From positions 1-64,000 of the forward strand of contig CAVSGP010000014.1 of assembly GCA_963727505.1 (NCBI GenBank): a DNA stretch of 64,000 bases, in the 5' to 3' direction. The first letter of the stretch is position 1. Each line of letters begins with the position of its first letter. The notes below the pieces were generated by a model. That model saw nothing but the letters and a program-made list of their open reading frames with translations, did no database searches and was not told the DNA's origin. Shown here one piece after another: positions 30,477 to 39,653 of the stretch. This stretch comes from an uncultured Trueperaceae bacterium (lineage in GTDB: Bacteria; Deinococcota; Deinococci; Deinococcales; Trueperaceae). The position numbers and the translations under genes were made by a program.

Positions 30477-31112
30477 TCACCAGGTGGCGAGCAGCAGCAG
30501 CGCGGCGGCGCGTTCGAGCTTGTTGACGGGGTTGGGCGTGAGCTTCACGAGGCCATCGACGGCCTCGGCGATCTGCTCGAGGTCGGCGCGGGTGGTCGCT
30601 CCACGCGCCTCGATCTCGACCTCGTCGAAGAAAGCGCTGCGCTCGGCGCCAGGTGCACGGGCGGCGACGGCATCGAAGCCGAGCTCCGCGACCACCTCGC
30701 CGTCGCGAAGTACGCGGAACAGCGTGCGCGTGGTGTCGAGCTCGATGCGGGGCTCCAGCTCGCCTACCTCGACGTGTCCGGAGAGCCGCTGCACGAGGGT
30801 CTCGGGCCAGTCGGCGTCGGCGTCGGAGTCCGCCATGGGGAACTCCCATTCGTCGCGCTCGTGGAGCCCTTCGTCGACCGAACCGGCCGCCTTGAGCCCC
30901 GCCCAGGTCTTCCCGTCCAGGCGCCGCCGGCGCAGGGCCAGCCCGGCGCGCCGCAGGCTGGCGGCGTCGTCGTCGTAGTAGCGATCGCGCAGCTCCTGTA
31001 CGGGCGCCTTCTCCACCTCGAAGGGTATCGCCGCCAGCGCCGCGCGCACCTCGCTGAGCGAGGGGACGTAGGCGTCCAGCACCGAGAACTTGAGCTCGCG
31101 CTCGAGGGGCAT
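30477..31112 (-). CDS. CYTH-domain protein (triphosphate tunnel metalloenzyme)
   Basis: ExExK motif LERELKF, DRYYD, LRRR, EVEIE. Confidence 0.85.
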   Translation of the reverse strand: MPLERELKFSVLDAYVPSLSEVRAALAAIPFEVEKAPVQELRDRYYDDDAASLRRAGLALRRRRLDGKTWAGLKAAGSVDEGLHERDEWEFPMADSDADADWPETLVQRLSGHVEVGELEPRIELDTTRTLFRVLRDGEVVAELGFDAVAARAPGAERSAFFDEVEIEARGATTRADLEQIAEAVDGLVKLTPNPVNKLERAAALLLLATW

Positions 31113-31350
31113 GTCCGAGTCTACTTCGGGGCGCGCCGTCGCCTCCCACCCGCCCGCCTGGGCAAGGCTCGCACGGTGCCTGGGAAGAGCCGGAATCTAC
31201 CGTGTGCGACGTGTTGTCGCAAGGGGCGCGTGGCCCTTCGGGCGGGTACCGACCGGTGGTATACTCGCCGGACCTAGGCAGCCGTGCCTGGCTTCATGGA
31301 CCTCGTGCCCGTGTCACCGCGCGCATTTGCACGAAAGGAAGCCGATTCCG

Positions 31351-33399
31351 ATGCCCAACATCCGCAACGTGGCCGTTCTCTCGCACAGCGGGGCGGGGAA
31401 GACGTCGCTCGTCGAGGCGATGCTCTACCGTGCCGGCGCGATCCCGAACCTCGGCAGGGTCGAAGACGGGAGTACGGTCTCCGACCATACTCCCGAGGAG
31501 AAGCGCCGCAAGATCTCCATCTACACCTCGATCCATCCCTACACCTGGAAGGGCGAGGCGTTCAACGTCCTGGACACCCCGGGTTACGCCGATTTCGCCG
31601 GCGAGATCCGCGGCGCGCAGGCGGCGGCCGACGCAGCGCTGGTCTTGGTGTCGGCGGTGTCGGGTGTGGCGGTCGGGACCGAGCGGGTCTGGTCCTCGAG
31701 CGTGGAGCGTGAGCTCTCGAGCCTGTTCGTGATCAACAAGATGGACCGCGAGAACGCCGACTTCTTCCGCACCATGGCGGACATCGAGGCCAGCCTCCAG
31801 GGCAACATCGCCGCCATCCAGATCCCCATCGGCCAGGCCGAGGATTTCCGCGGCATCGTCGACCTTCTCACCATGAAGGCCTACGTCTGGCCCGAGGGAG
31901 AGCCGCAGGAGGTCCCTGTCCCCGACGAGGTGGCCGGCGTGGCAACGGAGTACCGCGACCGGCTCATCGAGGCCATCGTCGAGACCGACGACGAGCTGAT
32001 GATGCAGTACCTCGAGGACGCGGACCTGGACGCCGACGCACTCATGCGCGCCTTCGACAAGGCCGTGCGCTCCGGCGAGCTCACGCCGGTGCTGCTCACC
32101 TCCGCCACCCGCGTCATGGGCGTCAGCCTGTTGATGGATTTCATGGTCCACGGCGTGCGGCACGTGAAGGACCATCGGCCGCTGGCCGTCGAGAAGGGCG
32201 AGCCGCCCGAGCTGGGCGAAGGGCATCCCTTCGGAGCCCGCGTGTTCAAGACGGTGGTCGACCCCTACCTCGGCAAGGTCTCGCTGATGCGGGTGCTGTC
32301 CGGCAGCGTCAAGGCGGGTAGCAACGTGCACGACCCCAACCGCGAGGCGGACGTCCGCGTGTCGCACCTGTACGTGCCCAACGGCAAGGACCTCTCCGAG
32401 GTCAAGGAGCTGAACGCCGGCATGATCGGCGCCATCACCAAGGTCGAAGAGGTCAAGACCGGCGACACGCTGTGCGATCCCGCGCATGTCTTCCAGCTCG
32501 CGCCCATCCGCTTCCCCTCTCCCGTCATGGCGCTGGCGCTGACGCCCAAGTCGCGCGGCGACGAGGACAAGATGTCCGACGGGCTCCACAAGCTCCTCGA
32601 CGCCGGCCCCACCCTGATGCTCGAGCGCAATGCCGACACCCACGAGACGGTGTTGTGGGGCATGGGCCACGTGCACCTCGAGATCGCCGTCAACGCCCTC
32701 AAGGACCGCTTCGGGGTCGAGGTGGACACCCGCCCGCCGTCCGTCGCCTACCGGGAGACCATCGGCGGCAACGGCGACGCCCGCTACCGCCACAAGAAGC
32801 AGACCGGCGGTGCCGGGCAGTTCGCCGAGGTGGCGCTTCGGGTCGCGCCCCTGACGCGCGGCGAAGGCTTCCAGTTCACGTGGAAGGTGGTGGGCGGCTC
32901 CATCCCCACGCAGTTCCAGCCGAGCTGCGAGAAGGGCGTCAAGAGCGCCCTGGAGGCGGGCGTGCTGGGCGGGTTCCCGGTGCAGGACGTGCAGGTCGAG
33001 GTCTACGACGGCAAGGATCACCCCGTCGACTCCAAGGACATCGCCTTCCAGATCGCGGCGGCGCATGCGTTCAAGGAGGCCATGCAACAGGCCAAGCCGG
33101 TGCTGCTCGAGCCCGTGGCGCTCCTCAAGGTCCGCGTCCCAGACCGCTACACCGGTGACGTCATCTCGGACCTCAACACCCGCCGTGGCCGCATCCTGGG
33201 CATGGACACCGAGGGTTCGGTGAGCGTGGTCAGCGCGCACGTTCCGATGGCAGAGATCCTGAGCTACTCCCCCGACCTGCGCTCGATGACGGGCGGCCGG
33301 GGCGTGTTCTCGCTCAAGTTCGAGCGCTACGACGTGGTGCCGAGTCAGGTCGCCGACCGGGTGCTGGCCGACCGCCAGCAGGAGAAGGCGGCGTCGTAG
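31351..33399 (+). CDS. Elongation factor G paralogue (EF-G2)
   Basis: Five-domain EF-G; G1 SHSGAGKT, G2 RKISI, DTPGY, NKMD, KKQTGGAGQF; not in a str operon. Confidence 0.9.
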   Translation: MPNIRNVAVLSHSGAGKTSLVEAMLYRAGAIPNLGRVEDGSTVSDHTPEEKRRKISIYTSIHPYTWKGEAFNVLDTPGYADFAGEIRGAQAAADAALVLVSAVSGVAVGTERVWSSSVERELSSLFVINKMDRENADFFRTMADIEASLQGNIAAIQIPIGQAEDFRGIVDLLTMKAYVWPEGEPQEVPVPDEVAGVATEYRDRLIEAIVETDDELMMQYLEDADLDADALMRAFDKAVRSGELTPVLLTSATRVMGVSLLMDFMVHGVRHVKDHRPLAVEKGEPPELGEGHPFGARVFKTVVDPYLGKVSLMRVLSGSVKAGSNVHDPNREADVRVSHLYVPNGKDLSEVKELNAGMIGAITKVEEVKTGDTLCDPAHVFQLAPIRFPSPVMALALTPKSRGDEDKMSDGLHKLLDAGPTLMLERNADTHETVLWGMGHVHLEIAVNALKDRFGVEVDTRPPSVAYRETIGGNGDARYRHKKQTGGAGQFAEVALRVAPLTRGEGFQFTWKVVGGSIPTQFQPSCEKGVKSALEAGVLGGFPVQDVQVEVYDGKDHPVDSKDIAFQIAAAHAFKEAMQQAKPVLLEPVALLKVRVPDRYTGDVISDLNTRRGRILGMDTEGSVSVVSAHVPMAEILSYSPDLRSMTGGRGVFSLKFERYDVVPSQVADRVLADRQQEKAAS

Positions 33400-33477
33400 G
33401 CGCAGCGTCTCGCCTCGGTACGGCCTCCGTCCGCTTCCGCGCGCGCAGTCGCGTGCGCTGTGCCGATCGGGACGGCG

Positions 33478-34236
33478 TCAGCGCTTCTGCGGCGAGAGCA
33501 GCGGCGCCAGGTTCATGCCGCTGAGGTAGGCCAGGAACGACGGCAGGATCGGCAGCACGCAGGGGGAGAGGAAGGACAGGGCGCCGGCCCCGAAGGCCAG
33601 CGCCAGCGTGGGCGCGGCCATGGTGCCGAACAGGGCGCTCTCGGCGCTCCCCATGTTGGCCAGGTAGGGGGACAGCGCGTTGAGCGCGCCGGTCAGCAGC
33701 AGCACGCCCACGGCGATGAGCAACACCGCCCCGACCTTCTCGAGCACGCCCGAGTAGCGCCGCAGTGCCCGCGTCAGCGGCAGGAGCTGGGACAGGGCCA
33801 GGAACGGCAGCGAGAAGCCGAGCGAGTAGGCCAGCAACAGGAGCCCTCCCTGCGCCCCGCCGCCGCTGGTGGCCGCGATGCCCAGGATGCCGGCCAGGAT
33901 GGGACCGATGCAGGGCGTCCAGCCCGCGGCGAAGGCGACGCCCACCACCGCCGAGCCCAGGTAGCCGCTCGGCTTGCGCATGAGGTGCACGCGCAGCTCC
34001 TGCTTGAACACCGGCAGCGGCACCACGTCCAGCATGATGACGCCCATCACCACCAGCAGTACCCCGGAGACGACGCGCAGGGCGCTGCCGTAGGCGAACA
34101 GGAGCTGGCTCAGCAGCCCGGCGCTGAAGCCCAGCGCCACGAACACCGCCGAAAGGCCGGCGACGAAGGCCAAGGTGTGGAGGGCCAGGTGGACCCGCAG
34201 CGGGAGCCCGGTCTCGGCGCTCGCCTCCGTCCTCAT
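33478..34236 (-). CDS. ccdA: Cytochrome c biogenesis thiol-disulfide transporter CcdA (circularly permuted)
   Basis: GWTPCIGPIL in the middle; the normally N-terminal LAFGAGALSFLSPCVLPILPSFLAYLSG is at the C-terminus. Confidence 0.88.
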   Translation of the reverse strand: MRTEASAETGLPLRVHLALHTLAFVAGLSAVFVALGFSAGLLSQLLFAYGSALRVVSGVLLVVMGVIMLDVVPLPVFKQELRVHLMRKPSGYLGSAVVGVAFAAGWTPCIGPILAGILGIAATSGGGAQGGLLLLAYSLGFSLPFLALSQLLPLTRALRRYSGVLEKVGAVLLIAVGVLLLTGALNALSPYLANMGSAESALFGTMAAPTLALAFGAGALSFLSPCVLPILPSFLAYLSGMNLAPLLSPQKR

Positions 34237-34260
34237 GGTGGTGCCTTCATGGCGCTGCCG

Positions 34261-35154
34261 TCATAGCGACGCTAGCTGACTGCGCACGTCTTGCGCGAGC
34301 TCGCGACCCAGCTCGTCGGCCTCCTTGGCCTCCCCGCTGACGCTGGCCTGCAGGGTCGTCTCGCCACGCAGCACGGCGCCGAACAGCGTCAGCTCGCCGT
34401 CGTCGGTGACGTTCGCCAGCGCGCCGACCACGCACTCGCGGCAGGCCTCGTCGCTCTCGGGCGGGCCCTGCCGCAGGGAGAAAGCGAAGGAGCGCTCGGC
34501 ACGCACGCGGTCGAAGCTGGGGCGGTGCTGCAGCGAGTAGGCCACCTCGAACGCGAGGTCATCGTCGGCGCGCACCAGCAGCCCCAGGGCGCCCTGACCG
34601 GGCGCCGGGGCGAAGGTCTCGGGATCGAGCACGTTGTCGAGCCGATTGCGATGGTCCAGCACGATGAGAGTGGCGGCGGGGACCAGCAGCCCGTCCAGTT
34701 CGCCGGAGGTCAGCAGCTTGAGGTCCCCTTCGATGGAGCCGGATACCTCGACGGCCTCGACGCCTCGATGCTGGCCGGCCAGGTAGGCGGCGTCCCGTGG
34801 CGTCAACACCCCCACGCGGGCACCCTGGGGCAGGTCGGACAGCGCGCGCGTGCCCTTGGTGACCAGCGCAGTACGCGGCTCCAGCCGGCGTGACACGGCC
34901 GCCAGCGTGACCTCCTCGGGCAGCGCCAGGGGGAGCGTCTCGAGCGGGGCCACCGCCACGCCGATCTCCCCGTTCACCAAGGCCTTCAGGAGGGGATCGT
35001 CACCGTCGGCCGGCTTCGCGGCAGCGTTCTTGATGGTGCGGAGGGCGAAGTTCACGTCCGGCCACTCGTCCGTCAGTTGCTCGAGCACTTCCCGAGCCTG
35101 GCGCAGCGCGAGTGCGCCGTCGCGGTTGCCCAGCACGATTCTTGCCATGGCCAT
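34261..35154 (-). CDS. Hydroxymethylbilane synthase (HemC)-fold protein with degenerate active site
   Basis: LALRQA, LPQGARVG, PAPGQGALG, AERSF retained; catalytic motifs altered. Confidence 0.8.
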   Translation of the reverse strand: MAMARIVLGNRDGALALRQAREVLEQLTDEWPDVNFALRTIKNAAAKPADGDDPLLKALVNGEIGVAVAPLETLPLALPEEVTLAAVSRRLEPRTALVTKGTRALSDLPQGARVGVLTPRDAAYLAGQHRGVEAVEVSGSIEGDLKLLTSGELDGLLVPAATLIVLDHRNRLDNVLDPETFAPAPGQGALGLLVRADDDLAFEVAYSLQHRPSFDRVRAERSFAFSLRQGPPESDEACRECVVGALANVTDDGELTLFGAVLRGETTLQASVSGEAKEADELGRELAQDVRSQLASL

Positions 35155-35299
35155 GTTGTATCACATTCGGCTGCGCCTGCGGATGCGAGAAAGCACTTGT
35201 GGAAGGGCATCGGTGGCGAGCGGGAAGGGCGGCGGACGCCAACGTGCGGGCGCCGCCCGCGGCCGTACCAGCGCCGCCGCCGAGGGCCCGTGCGGATGC

Positions 35300-36475
<1,176 letters not shown>

Positions 36476-36566
36476 GCCTGTGTCCTCCAGGGAGAGCCGT
36501 GGGGCTCGAGCGCGCCCGGCCCTCTGCCTCGGGGTGCGGCCGCGCTTCGTTCGATTCGCCATGCTA
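36476..36566 (-). promoter_or_regulatory. metK -10 box (TAGCAT) and structured 5' leader with SD-occluding pairing
   Basis: Stems AGCGCG/CGCGCU and GAGCC/GGCUC; CUCC immediately before GGAGG. Confidence 0.45.
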
Positions 36567-36630
36567 GCAGGGCGCGGCGCCGGTCAGGGTGCCGTGGGAT
36601 GGGGTCGGTGTGCGGCGCGATGGACAGGGG

Positions 36631-36731
36631 CCGGGTTGGGCTGTTCCGGGTTGGGGTGTTCCGGGTTGGGGTGTTCCTGGTTGGGGTGTTCCTGGTTGGG
36701 TTGTTCCTGGTTGCGTTGTTCCGGGTTGCGT
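36631..36731 (+). repeat. Intergenic 15-bp G-rich tandem repeat (about 6.7 copies, CC(G/T)GGTTG(G/C)GNTGTT)
   Basis: Units begin at 36631, 36646, 36661, 36676, 36691, 36706 and 36721. Confidence 0.92.
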
Positions 36732-36818
36732 GGGCCGGGCCGAGGGGTCCGGCGGAGCCGGCTCCGCGTTGGGCACGCGGGTCGCCGTTGCGGGAGGGAG
36801 CCGTGGCTATACTCGGGC

Positions 36819-37403
36819 ATGCCGGATACCCACGTGGGGCACGCCATCCGCCGAGCGCGCCCAGGCGACGCCCAGGAGATCGTCCGGCTCATGCGCACGA
36901 TCTACAGGGAGGGGCGCTACTTCGTCGGTAATGGCCCGCCGCTCGCCGAGTCGCTGGCCCGTCGCATCGCCGGTGACGACCCGTCGTACGCCCTGTACCT
37001 GGTGGCGGAGTGCGGGCAGGGTGATGTGCGCGAGGGCGACGGGCGCGAGGGTGATGTGCCCGATCGTGATGTGCGCGAGGGCGATGTGCGCGAGGTGGGG
37101 GCGTGGCTCGAGCTCCACCGCATGCAGCCGCGCCGCATGCAGCATGTCGCGGTGCTCACGGTGGCGGTGGCCCCCGCGTGGCGCCACAGGGGTCTGGGCC
37201 GGGGCCTGTTGCGGCGCAGCTACGCCTGGGCGGCCGAGGTCGGGGTGAGCAAGATCAGCCTCAACGTGCGCGCCGGGAACACTTCCGCCATCGCCCTCTA
37301 TCGCTCCGAGGGGTTCCTGGAGGAGGGGCGTGAGCAGGGGCAGGTGCGCACGGACGACGGTGGGTTCGAGGACAACGTGATCATGGGACGCAGGTTGCCC
37401 TGA
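36819..37403 (+). CDS. GNAT-family N-acetyltransferase
   Basis: VAVAPAWRHRGLGRGLL, NTSAIALYRSEGF; TATACT 5 nt upstream of ATG; internal 15-bp repeat (GDVRE). Confidence 0.88.
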   Translation: MPDTHVGHAIRRARPGDAQEIVRLMRTIYREGRYFVGNGPPLAESLARRIAGDDPSYALYLVAECGQGDVREGDGREGDVPDRDVREGDVREVGAWLELHRMQPRRMQHVAVLTVAVAPAWRHRGLGRGLLRRSYAWAAEVGVSKISLNVRAGNTSAIALYRSEGFLEEGREQGQVRTDDGGFEDNVIMGRRLP

Positions 37404-37481
37404 CGGGGTGCGCCGTCATCGCTCGTGCATGGGAAGGCCGGGCGGGTTCTCCCGTCTCCCGGGTTCCCCTAGACTGGCCCC

Positions 37482-38036
37482 ATGGCTGACCCCGATCCCG
37501 CCCTCGCAGCGGCGCACGGAGCGCAGGCTCCGGCCGCCCGCGTCGCGCTGTTCGTCGACACCCAGAACCTCTACTACGCTGCCCGCGACGGCTACGACGC
37601 TACCGTCGATTACGGTCGCCTGCTCGAGCTGGCGCTTCGCGGCCGCGACCTGGCATCGGCCACGGCCTACGTGGTGGAGCGAGAAGGGGACAGTACGGCC
37701 TTCGGGTTCGTCACCAAGCTCTCCGCGCTCGGGTACCGCGTGCGCCGCCGCAGCGTGCGCGTGCACCGCACCGACGAGGGCGGCGGCGTGGTGATGGAGG
37801 GGGACTGGGACATGGGGATCGCCGCGGACATGGTGCGCGCGCTGCCCTACGTCGACGTGCTGGTTCTCGGGTCCGGCGACGGCGATTTCGTGCCCATGCT
37901 GGAGCTGGCGCAGCAGCGCGGGGCCCGTGTGGAGGTGCTCGCGTTCCGCGAAGCGTCCGCCCAGAGCCTCATCGACCTCGCCGACCGCTTCAGTCACCTC
38001 GCTGACGAGGCCGAGGTGTTCGTGCGCAAGGGCTGA
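37482..38036 (+). CDS. NYN/LabA (DUF88) domain protein
   Basis: FVDTQNLYY, GDWDMGIAAD, LGSGDGDF. Confidence 0.88.
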   Translation: MADPDPALAAAHGAQAPAARVALFVDTQNLYYAARDGYDATVDYGRLLELALRGRDLASATAYVVEREGDSTAFGFVTKLSALGYRVRRRSVRVHRTDEGGGVVMEGDWDMGIAADMVRALPYVDVLVLGSGDGDFVPMLELAQQRGARVEVLAFREASAQSLIDLADRFSHLADEAEVFVRKG

Positions 38037-38065
38037 GCCGATCCGTGGCCTAACCGATCCGTGGC

Positions 38066-39550
38066 CTAACCGACCCGATCTGCGCAGGTGCTGGGCCGCA
38101 CGGGCCAGGCCAACCCGGGCGCTGGTGTGGGCGCTGGTGTGCGCGCTGACGTGGGTGCTGACGTGGGCGTCGCCGCGGGCGTCGCGGACGCAGCGCTCTT
38201 CGTGTCGGGCGCGCTTGCAGCGGCCCCCCAACTGCCGTCCACGCTTTCCAGGTAATCGTAGGTCGCGCCGATCACGTCCAGCCACGCGCCGTAGACGGCG
38301 TTCTCGCGTGCGAGCAGGGCGCGGCAGGCGCTCGGCGAGGTGGCGGGCGTGGCGGCGGTGTCCCGCCAGGCGGCGAGCTCGGCTTCGAGCAGCGCGGACG
38401 CGTCGTCGACGGCAGTCCGGGCGCGTGCGACATCGGCCGCGAAGCTCGCGTCCAGCGCGTCGAGCGCGGCCCGGGCGCGCCTGACGCGCTCGACGGCGGA
38501 GCTCCGGGCCGAATCGGCGCCGCCGTCGAGCCGTAGCCGTGCACGGAGCTCGATGCTCCACTGATCGTCCGCCTGCGGGCCTAGCTGACCGTTGAGATCG
38601 GCGGCGGGCCGGCCGCGATCGAGCGACAGCGAGGTGCTCACCTGGTAACCGACGCTGCTCGACTCGTAGGTGGCGCTCAGCGTCACGTCGCGTAGCACGT
38701 CGAAGGGCACGCGGTCGCGCTCCGCAGTCGCGCGCTCCAGCTCCAGGCGCAGCCGCTCCCGCTGGGGCGCCGTCGCGGCCGGTGGCGGCAATGCGAAGCG
38801 CAGCGGCACGAACTGCGCGGCGCCCGCGAAACCGAGTCGGGCGGCCTGCGTTCGCAGCGCCTGCAGCGCGTGGCGGCGCCCGTCGACCAGGGCCTCGGTG
38901 CGGAGCAGGGAGGGGCTCGATCGGGTGGCGTTCGATCGGGTGGCGTTCGACGGGGCGGCCCGCGTGGTCGCATGGAGCCGTTCCCTCGCAAGGTCGAGTT
39001 CAGCCCGCTGCACCGCCACTTCCGCCCTCAGCGCCTTGGCTTGGAGCCTCAGCGCGGCCAGGACGTCGCTGCGCCGTGCGTGACGTAGCCGCTCGCGGGC
39101 CAGGAGCAGATCGGCGCGGTCGGCCAGGATCGCGGCGTTGTCGTAGCGCCATGCCAGGTCGAGCTCCAGGTCGGCGCGGGCCCCCAGCGCGGCGGGGTCC
39201 TCCACGTCGGCGCCGTAGCTCAGGGCGGGACGGGCCGTGAACGTGACGTCGGTGCCGGCACGGCTGACGCCGAGCGCGCGTTCGGCGTCAGCGACCGCTG
39301 CCGCCTGCCGAAGGGAGCGCTCGCTGTCGGGCGTCGACGTCAGAACGTCGGCGGGCGCGAACGCCAGCACGAACGGCGCGCACAAGAACGTGGCAAGGCA
39401 GACGGCCGCGTGCGGTCGACGGCGGGCACGCCGGCGGAGGGCGCCCCGGCGAACGGCACGCCAAGCGCCGGCACGCCAACCGGCTCCTGGCGGGGGCGTG
39501 CGGGTGGGAGCGCCGCCTGGGTGCTCGGTAGCGCTGACGAGATCCCCCAT
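38066..39550 (-). CDS. Probable TolC-family outer-membrane protein (start uncertain)
   Basis: Signal-like hydrophobic segment, alternating beta-strand pairs and long Ala/Arg-rich helices in two repeats. Confidence 0.45.
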   Translation of the reverse strand: MGDLVSATEHPGGAPTRTPPPGAGWRAGAWRAVRRGALRRRARRRPHAAVCLATFLCAPFVLAFAPADVLTSTPDSERSLRQAAAVADAERALGVSRAGTDVTFTARPALSYGADVEDPAALGARADLELDLAWRYDNAAILADRADLLLARERLRHARRSDVLAALRLQAKALRAEVAVQRAELDLARERLHATTRAAPSNATRSNATRSSPSLLRTEALVDGRRHALQALRTQAARLGFAGAAQFVPLRFALPPPAATAPQRERLRLELERATAERDRVPFDVLRDVTLSATYESSSVGYQVSTSLSLDRGRPAADLNGQLGPQADDQWSIELRARLRLDGGADSARSSAVERVRRARAALDALDASFAADVARARTAVDDASALLEAELAAWRDTAATPATSPSACRALLARENAVYGAWLDVIGATYDYLESVDGSWGAAASAPDTKSAASATPAATPTSAPTSARTPAPTPAPGLAWPVRPSTCADRVG

Positions 39551-39653
39551 CTCCGTCCCCCTCTCCCCGGATGTTGAGCGGGCTATACCCTAGCGGAGGG
39601 CCGGTTGCATCGGGGTCACACGGGCGTTCTGCGCTAGCGATCGACGTCGTTCC

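Noticed and set aside
34261..35154. Functional hemC
   Set aside because: The catalytic Asp and most substrate-binding Arg residues are substituted; reported as a pseudoenzyme instead.
36631..36731. Possible CRISPR array
   Set aside because: Contiguous 15-bp units with no unique spacers and no cas genes; this is a tandem repeat.
36819..38036. GNAT plus NYN as a toxin-antitoxin or defence pair
   Set aside because: Each has its own leaderless promoter, there is no antitoxin-like ORF, and both families are common housekeeping genes.
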